Shown piece after piece: positions 12,950-24,550 of a DNA stretch of 64,000 bases. The notes under the pieces are model-generated. The model made no database searches. It had not been told where the DNA came from and saw only the letters and a list, made by a program, of their open reading frames with translations. The position numbers were made by a program, and so were the translations under genes. This DNA comes from Trichinella spiralis (lineage: Eukaryota). Location of the stretch: contig NW_003526941.1 of the NCBI RefSeq assembly GCF_000181795.1, forward strand, positions 4,560,425 to 4,624,424, in the 5' to 3' direction. Within the stretch, counting starts at the first letter, position 1. Each line of letters starts with the position of its first letter.

Positions 12950-13270
12950 GAAGCCCTGAGCGTTGCCTGAGGGCAAATAAAAATTTGCATATTGCCCCAA
13001 GCGATTAAAAATTTGCATAAAACCTCCCTGAGGGCAAATATTGTGCAATAAAGTGCCCTGGGCATAGCTTGAAGGCATATGCAAATTTTTATTTGCCCTG
13101 GGGCATAGCCCGGGGCGAAAGCCTGGGGCTACTTTTTAAAAATTTCGAAATTTTTGGAATTTTGCCTGAGGCATAGCCTGGGGCGTAGCCGGAGGGCAAA
13201 TAAAAATTTGCATATTGCCCCCAAGTGATTAAAAATTTGCATATTGCATAAAATAGATCGCCTCAGGCAT
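12950..13270. repeat. GC-rich foldback/palindromic element with alternating inverted repeats (MITE- or foldback-like)
   Basis: AGGGCAAATAAAAATTTGCATAT at 12970-12992, its exact reverse complement at 13077-13099 and a direct copy at 13193-13215. Second copy at ~16620-16957. Confidence 0.8.
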
Positions 13271-13295
13271 CTATATACATTGGTTGCATCAGCCT

Positions 13296-13424
13296 GTGCC
13301 TTCACCCTGTTCACTACTTACCTTCTCACTTGTACTTACCTTCACCCTGTTCACTACTTACCTTCTCACTTGTACTCTACCTTCACCCTGATCGCTACTT
13401 AACTTCTCACTTGTACTTATCTTC
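13296..13424 (-). repeat. 40-bp minisatellite CCTTCACCCTGTTCACTACTTACCTTCTCACTTGTACTTA (AG|GTAAGTA donors on - strand); continues at 18359-18482
   Basis: About 3 units before the gap at 13425; the same unit family resumes directly after the gap at 18349-18358. Confidence 0.85.
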
Positions 13425-13434
13425 NNNNNNNNNN

Positions 13435-16400
13435 TCCCCACCATTATGTTCAGTGCGCTCGGCAGTGCTACTGATCAGTAACATACCTGGGCTAACCTGG
13501 TTAATGGAAATGTCGATTCCGTGACCAGGATGCTGCAGTCGAACTGATCAGTTTGTACATAGGATTGTTTCAGCTTGACATAGGAAAGCGGCTGTCACGT
13601 AGAGAACCCACTTCCACTTATGACTGGTGAAGCTATCAGAATGGCCCTAACGTTCCTTTTGTCCTTGAAAATGAATCCTGAAAAGTGCTATGATGTCATT
13701 GTATTGTAAGTAGCACTGACTTAGTGGGACATGTTTTCCATCACTGAGGAAATAGCTCCATCTCCATTAATGTGGCAGTATTTATAAAACTGATACAACC
13801 CCTGATGATAATGCGTGATGCTTGAGCGAAGGAGCTAAAAACCTTTACGTCCATTCTACATTTCCACCCTTGTTCCTTCCTCCTTTGCTGCTCCACCCTT
13901 ATTTCCTGTCAGATGGTCCTTATCCCAGAACTGTTAATTGCTCTGAACTGAATCGAGATCAGGCTCAACTGAAAATTTTTCCTCCCCTCCCGGACCCCAA
14001 TTTCGAGTTGAATGAACTGCGCTCAGTTACTGTGTCCTGATATAAATTCTATGATTTCACTAAATTGTCATCGACTCCTGAGACCTTATTGATAAGGGTG
14101 ATTCATCAAATCTTCCTTACTCCTGGCTGTTATGTTTTATTGTTATTATAAAATGCAATACGGAGCGGTCACTTGCAGCAGTTTCTCATAGTCATTGAAA
14201 AATCTTGAGAGACTCGATTCCTTCAATTGCGTATATCTTTTATTGTATTCAGTTGTGCTAACGCCGTGCTCAACTAAGTTTACACTCTTAGCTTAAATTA
14301 TTATCAGAAAGCGCAGACAAACCGAAACGGCAAGTTGAGATAAGCCTTGCATGCGCAATCGGTAACCACCATGAAGCTTACTTGTTTGGAAAATTCTGTG
14401 TTTAGATGAAGCTTTCATTGTGTTGTGTGTATTATGAAAGAATTATTTTACGTAAGTTTTGGAAAAGTGTTTAAAATCATTTCAAAAGATGTAAAAAGTT
14501 GATTTACAAAATGAGAAGTGAATTTTTATACTTTTTAAAAGAATTTTATTATTAATTATTACGTTGAATTGGTATTGGCATTTGTGTTTGAAGTTTAAAA
14601 AAATTTACATAAAGGTGTAGTAAAAGTAAGTGTGATGTTAGAGATGAAATGCAAATTTTATAATCCGAAGATTGTTTACGGAGAAGCAGAATAAACATTC
14701 GTTTGCTGGCTAGTAGTAATGTTTTGCGGTTTGCAAATGGTTCTGAAAAATCTGCTTCTGGTACAATTTTTTTTCGAAGACTTTCAAATTCCTGGCCGGG
14801 ATGTTGCGGCAGTTTCAATAACATTCTTAATGACAAATGTTTCTATTTCATGAATATTCATTTTTAGAGATCTACATGAAGCTTTTTGTTTTTAATAGCT
14901 ATTTGTTGGGTGATTAATAATTCTATGTTATTTCCAAGTATGAATTGTAATTATTGTTATTCTCATCCAATTTAACTACTCTCCATAAATATATTGAATG
15001 CGTTGTTCATGAAAATCTGCTTGTTTCTAATTCGACTAAACGTTACATAATTCCTGTGGTAATTATTATCATTATAAAATTAAATCTATTTTTTTATAAA
15101 TCGGAAAATTCATTTTATTTTCTAAACTGCTTTCAGTTTTACTATAAATCTAATTCTGATTTGTAGAAACACAATATTCGTACATTATTCTATCACCTCA
15201 TACTTTCAATCAGCTAAATTCAGCTCATCAAATTTGCATAATAATGCGCTATTACGTAGTAATGCAATATTACGTAATAGTGCAATATTACGTAGTAATG
15301 CAATCTTACGTAGTAATATGAAGTGTGTAAATAAAAACGTAATAAATTTCATCGTCTCGTTTAGTAACGTTGTTCATAAAATTCATTGCACTGCGCTATT
15401 ACTGATGGCGAATTAGGTTGTTCTTCCGGAGGCAAGTAAATATTCATTTGCATAATTTACTTATTATACGTTTAATCAGAGTACTTTGATTACTTTAGGT
15501 TATTCTGTTCACTGGATTGCTGTCCGTCAGGCGCTTTGTCAACTATGATTCCGCTCTTCAGAAACGAACCAGGAAATAGTGCTAAGTTAGGATTTGATAT
15601 TTTGGTGGTGGTAATGCTATGCATGTTGCTTTACTAATATGGGTGAATGGAAACTGACAGGTCATTTTTCGCGTGTTGATTATTGACAAGCTTTCAGAAT
15701 AACATTCAGATGGTAGAAGACGATGACGTTCGGCATTTTCTGTTTTTTNNNNNNNNNNGATAAGAAGAAAGAGGTTATTACACAAAAACCCCATTTTTTT
15801 TTGCCGGCTCCCATTTATATCACTCTTTTTTTGAGGGGGGGGGGTATCCCCCGCCTGGGCCATTTTCCTTTTTTTCTTCCTTTTAGGGGTGTGGTATCCC
15901 CCCGCCTTCTCCAAATAACGTTTAACACAAAAAAGTGAAGGAGGGATTTCATTTTTGTTTTGGGAACCCATATCAAATTCCGTAAAATAATTTTACCCCG
16001 CCGGTCGGAAGGGTATATTTGGCATTTTTTTTTTGAAAGAAAGGGATTTCGTCAAATTTAAGGGGGGGAATTTTGTAAGGGAGCCCTTTTAAAATGGGTT
16101 TTTCCCCCGGTTTGGAAGTTTTTTCTTTTCCCACAGGAAAGGAAGGATTTTCCGGGTTCCCCAGGGGCCCCCATGTTTGTGTGCAAATTTTATTTTTTTT
16201 TTCGGTGGTTTAAATGTTTTTAGGCGGCAGGGGAAATAAGAACCGGCATCTTGAATGACCCCCATGGATTAAGGAAGGTAGTTTTTTTTTCTGTTATTTT
16301 TTAAACTTATTTAGGGAACAATGAAAGGCATTGTATTCATCTTAGATCAATTTTAGATCTGCATAGTACAGGTAAGTAGCGTCAAAGTGTTTATAGCTGA

Positions 16401-18348
16401 GAATGCGTAGAGGTAAGTTGGGTGCAGGTAAGTACAGTATAGATGTAATTATAAACAAACAGAGTAGAGGCAAGTACAGAGCACGTAATTATACATCACG
16501 TGTATACATCATCTAGAGATACGCAGAGTGCAGGTAAGTAGAGTGCAGGTAAGTAGAGTGTAGAGGTAAGTACAATGAAGGCAAGTATAGCGTAATAGCT
16601 GTGAATTTTCCTTGAGGAAGCTCCGAGCGTTGCTTGAGGAAAAATAAAAATTTGCATATTGTCCCAAGCGATTAAAAATTTGCATAAAACCTTCCTGAGG
16701 GCAAATATTGTGCAATATAGTGCCATGGGCATAGCTTGAGGGAATATGCAAATTTTTATTTGCCCTGGGGCATAGCCTGGGGCGAAAGCCTGGGGCTATA
16801 TTTTAAAAATTTCGAAATTTTTGGAATTTTGCCTGAGGCATAGCCTGGGGCGTAGCCTGAGGGCAAATAAAAATTTGCATATTGCCCCAAGCGAAAAAAA
16901 ATTCGCATAAAACCTCCTTGAGGGCAAATATTCTGCAATAAAGTACCCTGGGCATAGNNNNNNNNNNGAATAAAATCTATAATAAGTAGGAAAGAGTAGG
17001 AAGATATCATGGGATAAGAAATTTTGTGGGGTTAAACCAGGCAAAATCATATACATTGGGGAATTTAGGCAGTTGGGTATGAAAGGGATTGAGCGCATAC
17101 AGACAAAAACTACGTTGTTATGCGTCGGTAAAGTTAGTAATTTACCAGTCGTTTTTCTCTTTAATAAACGTAAATGCGGTATAGGGTACATCTTTGTATG
17201 CCAGCAATCAATAATGCATGTAGAAAAGGTTTGAGTGGACTTAGTCAATAAATTTAACATTTAAGTTAATCAGCGGCAACAAAGGTTGGTGATTATGTTC
17301 AAAGATCCCGGAGCGACGTCCAGACGATGATTTGGGTGTATTGCAGAAAAGTGATCAAAGCTGACAACTCGGAACCAATCCGGGCATCGAGTTCCATTTG
17401 CCGTCCGTGACGTAGAAAGTGAAACCGAATAGCCTATTCTCATCATCATCTGTTGGAAATTTGTCTTCGTATTTGACCAGCATCACACGACCTTCATCGA
17501 CATCAATTTGCGTGAATTCATTTATGGCATCAGACAAATGTCCATCAAAAGCTAAATAACAACTCTGACTTGATGTTACAAGAATTTTCAACTGATCAGT
17601 TGGACTGTCTTCGTCGGCAACTTTCAGATGCTGATTTGACAAAATTGCCCAATTCTGACGTTTGTTTTTCCAGCGCATTGGTTCGTTGAGCAAAATTTTT
17701 GAATGTTGAACCAAAGAATGCACCAATTTCATCTAAAGTTTGAACAAATTTATTTGCAGTGTTGTGAAATGTAAAAGCATGTTAAATAAAACTGATACAA
17801 AACAGCCACATAAAAATTGAAGACGAATAAGAGTGCATCGTTGTTCCTTATTTAATAAGTAGACAAATATGCAAAAAAAATTACTTACATTTGTTGGTTA
17901 TTCAGTTGCAGCTGCAGGCTAAAGCATTCAACTAAACATTCTTAGTCTGTGATAAGCAACACGGCATTGTGACCACTCTCACTCATCAAAATAAACAAAA
18001 CGTGTACTTACGTACTTACTTACTTACATGTCTATCACTTTCGAACCGCACTGATGGCAACTCATACTACCAAATTTATAGAATACACACAGACACCAGC
18101 GCAAATCGACTGTATTCACGATCTGCTGTTATTACAAAGCATTTAATTAACTTACAATAACAAACAATTACACAAACTTACAATAAGGGAAACCACACCG
18201 ATTACTGTATCATTACTGGGTAATGCCAGTACACCAACTTCAACTGACGCAGAGCGCGATCAGTATGAAGACATATCTTGTGGAGGTGGATGATGCATTG
18301 CATTCCTATAATAGGCAAAAGCTGTACTTACGTATTTTTGTGATAGCA
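13435..18348 (+). repeat. Three gap-bounded contigs duplicating neighbouring sequence (13435-15748 ~ 7884-10190; 15759-16957 ~ 11400-13230; 16968-18348 ~ 18600-19990)
   Basis: Near-identical ORF translations (13822 vs 8269, 15234 vs 9685, 17355 vs 18776, 17969 vs 19612). Sequence quality decays into homopolymer noise at contig ends. Confidence 0.85.
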
Positions 18349-18689
18349 NNNNNNNNNNTGTACGTACCGTTCATCTTGTGCACAACTTACCTTCTCACTG
18401 GTACTTACCTTCATCTTGTGCACAACTTACCTTCTCACTTATACTTACCTTCACCCTGTTCACTACTTACCGAACTTACCTTTACATTTACGAACTTCAC
18501 ATTTTCCTATAATGTCTGCTTAGACTTATTTTTAAACATTCCGTTATAGGCAACAAGGCTAAGTAAACAGCCATGTTGCCTTCAACTGAATGTCGGAATC
18601 TGTATCTAAACTATTCTTGCCTAAACGTACCTGAAAAATTGAAGCAATCTTTACAATTAACGTACGCAGTATGCAAAAGTTAAATGCTT

Positions 18690-19372
18690 ACTGATCTGCT
18701 TCTGACTGACTGAGCATCAACTGATGGCAGGCCTTCGCCCTGTGTAAAGTGTAAAATTGTAAAACAACCGCATGTTCAATAACGTATAGTTTCCTTGTGG
18801 TCCGATTGTGTAAATACGGATGTGAGTACATTTTCGAGTAGCAGTTCACCGTATGCTGGTGGATCGAGAACTGAGTAGACGTAATCAAAGGAACTTTTGT
18901 CGTCGCTCAACAGCGGCAAATGATGGTTGGTGATCTTGCTCAAAGAGCCCGGAGCGACATCCAGACGATGATTTGCGTGTATTGCAGAAAAGTGATCAAA
19001 GCTGACAACTCGGAACCAATCCGGCATCGAGTTCCATTTGCCGTCCGTGACGTAGAAAGTGAAACCGAATAGCCTATTCTCATCATCATCTGTTGGAAAT
19101 TTGTCTTCGTATTTGACCAGCATCACACGACCTTCATCGACATCAATTTGCGTGAATTCATTTATGGCATCAGACAAATGTCCATCAAAAGCTAAATAAC
19201 AACTCTGACTTGATGTTACAAGAATTTTCAACTGATCAGTTGGACTGTCTTCGTCGGCAACTTTCAGATGCTGATTTGACAAAATTGCCCAATTCTGACG
19301 TTTGTTTTTCCAGCGCATTGGTTCGTTGAGCAAAATTTTTGAATGTTGAACCAAAGAATGCACCAATTTCAT
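18690..19372 (-). pseudogene. Isolated exon encoding ~1.5 CSPG (cadherin-like, NG2/FRAS1/FREM-type) repeats; truncated gene fragment
   Basis: ORF 18776-19372: LSNQHLKVADEDSPTDQL...INEFTQIDVDEGRV...FGFTFYVTDG, then ITNHHL...YSVLDPPAYGELLL...VFTQSD, which are CSPG-repeat hallmark motifs. Acceptor ctttag directly before 19372, stop at 18776, donor at ~18691. No other exons of such a large gene are in the window. Confidence 0.75.
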
Positions 19373-19639
19373 CTAAAGTTTGAACAAATTTATTTGCAGT
19401 GTTGTGAAATGTAAAAGCATGTTAAATAAAACTGATACAAAACAGCCACATTATGAAAATTGAAGACGAATAAGAGTGCATCGTTGTTCCTTATTTAATA
19501 AGTAGACAAATATGCAAAAAAAATTACTTACATTTGTTGGTTATTCAGTTGCAGCTGCAGGCTAAAGCATTCAACTAAACATTCTTAGTCTGTGATAAGC
19601 AACACGGCATTGTGACCACTCTCACTCATCAAAATAAAC

Positions 19640-22600
19640 AAAACGTGTACTTACGTACTTACTTACTTACATGTCTATCACTTTCGAACCGCACTGATGG
19701 CAACTCATACTACCAAATTTATAGAATACACACAGACACCAGCGCAAATCGACTGTATTCACGATCTGCTGTTATTACAAAGCATTTAATTAACTTACAA
19801 TAACAAACAATTACACAAACTTACAATAAGGGAAACCACACCGATTACTGTATCATTACTGGGTAATGCCAGTACACCAACTTCAACTGACGCAGAGCGC
19901 GATCAGTATGAAGACATATCTTGTGGAGGTGGATGATGCATTGCATTCCTATAATAGGCAAAAGCTGTACTTACGTATTTTTGTGATAGCACATTTAGAA
20001 CGCATTGATATAAACTTGACAAACCATGTTCGCCAGAGCGACAGGAATTAGAAAACGGTTCAATTATGATGACGTAGGCTAATTCAATAAAACATTGATT
20101 TACAAAATTTCTGATAAATAGTGTTATATAAACAGAATATTCTTTCCCTTCACTCTTACCAGAAATATAGTTGTAAATACAGTTGCTGCACTGCAGTAAA
20201 TATAGTTGTACACCTAAAAAACAACACTTCCAGTGCAGTATTGAAACTTAAAGCTTAATAAAGTCAAACATAACCAATCTACGTTATCACTTATATGATG
20301 CCGATGTGGAATTGATGGCGTAGCCAACATACAATCTGTTTCCGGAAATCAAAATGATGGCAAACAAACAGCAGGGCGAAATTATGATGCACAGTTACCA
20401 CATACAGATACTTTTCATAATCTAGTTATTACATTACATAACAGCTGATCATAATGATGTATAATGAAAGTTGAAATTTTCTGAAAAGTAATTAATAAAG
20501 TGTAATATAAGTTGAAACAACTTCTGTATCTGAAACATCTGTAAAACTGTATTTCCAATGAAATTTCAAATCTTGAAGTTATTCAAATCAAGGCCACCCA
20601 ATCTACAATATTATCAACATGTTTTGTGCGCTGCAGTTAAGATTCAAGTGATGTGGAGTTGAACGCATAACAGATCTACAATCTAAATTTCACTGAATAA
20701 TTTCAAAAAGCTGTGCAAAATTATAATAATGCATATTTACCATATTCACTAATTTTTCAGAATCTCTTTGTTTGTTTCTTTGTGTTTGATCATTGATATG
20801 AATATAATATAAATTCTGAAAGTGAATTATATTAATGCCGTCATCTAAAAATAAAAAACGGAAATACGAACTTCATGGTCTTCAACATCTGATGTATCTG
20901 AAAGTTAGTAATAACAACACGAAAAAGAGACCTGTCAGTTTCCATTCACCATATTAGTAAAGTAACATGCATAGCATACCACCACCAAAATATCAAATCC
21001 TACTTACCACTATTTCCTGGTTCGTTTTGAAGAGCGGAAATATAGTTGACAACGCGCCTGACGGACAGCAATCCAGTGAACAGAATAACCTAAAGTAATC
21101 GAAGTACTCTGATTAAACGTATAATAAGTAAATTATGCAAATGACTATTTACTTTGCCTCCGGAAGAACAACCTAATTCACCATCAGTAATAGCGCAGTG
21201 CAATGAATTTTATGAACAACGTTACTAAACGAGACGATGAAATTTATTACGTTTTTATTTACACACTTCATATTACTACGCAATATTGCACTATTGCGTA
21301 ATATTGCATTACTACGTAATAGTGCAATACTATGCAAATTTGATGAGCTGAATTTAGCTGATTGAAAGTATGAGGTGATAGAATAATGTACGAATATTGT
21401 TTTTCCACAAATCAGAATTAGATTTATAGTAAAACTGAAAGCAGTTTAGAAAATAAAATGCATTTTCAGATTTATAAAAAAAATAGATTTAATTTTATAA
21501 TGATAATAATTACCACAGGAATTATGTAACGTTTAGTCGAATTAAAAACAAGCAGATTTTCATGAACAACGCATTCAATATATTTATGGAGAGTAGTTAA
21601 ATTGCATGAGAATTACAATAATTACAATTCATACTTGGAAATAACATAGAATTATTAATCACCCAACAAATAGCTATTAAAAACAAAAAGTTTCATGTAG
21701 ATCTCTAAAAATGAATATTCATGAAATAGAAACAATACATTTCTCATTAAGAATATGTTATTGAAACTGCCGCAACATCCCGGCCAGGAATTTGAAAATC
21801 TTCGAAAAAAAATTGTACCAGAAGCAGATTTTTCAGAACCATTTGTAAACCGCAAAACATTACTACTAGCCAGCAAACGAATGTTTATTCTGCTTCTCCG
21901 TAAACAATCTTCGGATTATAAAATTTGCATTTCATCTCTAACATCACACTTACTTTTACTACACCTTTATGTAAATTTTTTTTAAACTTCAAACTCAAAT
22001 GCCAATACCAATTCAACGTAATAATTAATAATAAAAATCTTTTATAATGTTATATCATATATATATATATATATATCTGACAGATCACATCAGCTAAGCG
22101 CAGTTCATTCAGCTCGAAATAGTGGGGAGGAGTGGGTAGAATTTTCAATTGAGCGCGATCTCCGTTCAAGTTAAAATCATTAAGAACCGTATGCTGGAAA
22201 TCATTAGACGGGAAAGCAAGGCGGGACAACAAAAGAGGAAGGAAGGAGGGAGAACTTGCAGGATGGAGGGGGTGAAAGTTGTCAGATTGTGAATCACGTT
22301 CCTTCACTCAACCTTCACGGAAAATAATCAGGCGTTCCTTCATTTATCAATAATGACAACATTAATGGAGATATTGAGTTATTTTCTCAATGATAAAAAA
22401 CAGTGGGATCTATAAGTCTGTGCTATTGGCAATACAATGGCATCATAGGGTCTTAAGGATGAACTGAACGTTAGTGCCATTCTGAAAGTTTCAAGAATGG
22501 TGGTTAAAACTGTGTTTTCTAGCTAGCAGCAACTTTCCCATGTCATGCTGAAACAATTCTGTTCGCAAATCGAACAGTTTAGAGCATTTAGGGGTGTGAT

Positions 22601-24550
22601 TTCTCTATCCCGGTGACAGACAGTTCCATTAAACAGTTGGCCAAGTATTTTACCTCAGCAGTGAATATCACAGAAGGGATTAAAGATAATGTGGGAGTGG
22701 TTCAACGACTATGTCAATACTATTTTACAAATGCATTTGTAAGGACTATTGAGAATTATAGATCTATATATCATTACTACTATATATTACGGCTGGAGAT
22801 TGTCGTGTCTGTAATAAAGTATTGATTATTAATTGAACATCATTACAGAAAAAAGCGCGTTAGGTTACATCCAAAACATTAAACTTAAACAATTACAGCA
22901 AGATGTAAAAGCGGGCATGCTTAGCAAATTGCGGGAAAAAACGGAACGAAAACAAAGTATAAAAAAACAGCAAGTATGTAAAAATTCATACCTGTTAGCA
23001 GGACTGCCTGAGCCATACATTTTTCCAACTGAGTTTCCTGATTTCATCATGTATTCAGTTTCACAATCTCAACGTATTTGTTGAAGTGAAGCACCAAAAT
23101 AACCAAATAACGCAATGCAGTGAGTAATTAGAACGCTCTTCAGCAACGAATAATTAAATAATAGTGCAGTTCTCTCAATAAGGAGAAATTTATATAAGGA
23201 AAATTACTTCCGGATTTGAATGGCACAAAGTGCACGTAGCAGAATGCCATCGGCAATGTTCACCTTCATATTAGCATAAACATACTCCGCTGACCTAGAA
23301 ATGCGTGTATGCTTTGAAAACGTGAGGTAATGTAATGGGCTAACAACAAAGACTATAATAATTGCTCAACAGCAACAAAATCCTGAATACGTTACAGATG
23401 AAAGTCTCTATCTATCTCAAAAAATATTATGACGTAATTGAAAGAAGCATAAAAAACCGTAACTTAAATGAAACTGAACGGCAACGTTAATCGTACGTAA
23501 ATTAAACAACAATCAACTATTAGTGTATGATCGCTGCCTAAGCATGCAATAATAGTCAACAGGATAATAATACTTTGCAATGAATACCATTTTCAACAGA
23601 ATTAACTCATTAATTTCAAAGAACCGATTCCTTAGTTATCATTTAGCAGTTATATATTCAATATCTATGTCAAGCATTTTTACAATGTCATTCAATAAAA
23701 AAACTGTAACTTACAAAAATAGTCAATTTCCCATCATTTGGAGATATACATGTTCTGAAGAGTTGCACAACCTGATTGGCCATATTGAATATAAATGATG
23801 ATGCTTGTCAGGTTTCCTTTGAAGTCGTCCTTTATTCTGATGTTGCACGACACCATCCGCCTACAAATATTCCAAAATCAACCCTACAACAAAATTTAGA
23901 ATTCTTGAATTGATGCAAATTCAAATCATACACAACATGATCATCGATGAGTTACGCTTTACGATTAATATTTGATTTTCTTTTCGTAAATGCAAATTTG
24001 CATGAAGATTGTACTAAACATGTAGTACGCCTACTTTTTGTTATTCTCAGCAAACAATCTCTACGTCCGTTGATGCAAAATCACACAAACGACAAGATAT
24101 GAGACAGAACTTTACAATATTAAGGATAATATTCCTTCGCACATCTAGAAGCGATTGGTTAGCCCAAATAAAGTAAATTAAATAAAGTTATTATTAAAGT
24201 TTTAAAGCAGAAGTTAAGTCAAATTACTTCATAATTATTAGGCGCGTCTCATTAACATGCAAATTTTCATTCTTTCATTGCTTTCCCGTTTGTTTGCTTA
24301 GCAACTATAGGTCGCTAGAAACGTCGCCATCTATCTAATACATAAAAAACCTTAATTTGAAAAGCTTATTTTTCAGCAATGTAATGGTATTTGGAAATGG
24401 GAAATCACGTAATTGTTATTATTGTGATGTTACATCATATATATTGTTTTTAGCATGATTTTAGATTAATAGTCGTGAAAATTCTTACTTGCCTAATGTA
24501 ATGAAAAGCAGGTGCAGTAAGACCGATTTACCAGAAAATGCATGCAAAGT
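19640..24550 (-). repeat. Right arm of the large inverted duplication (partner ~5515-11090)
   Basis: Reverse complement of the left arm. Example: 21000-21190 mirrors 9850-10040; RTDGNS-type peptides appear in opposite orientation at 10882-11079 and 19612-19803. Confidence 0.9.

Noticed and set aside
12070..13084. 331-aa ORF with LYLPLHYTY repeats
   Set aside because: Reads through a minisatellite, a low-quality read tail and an N-gap.
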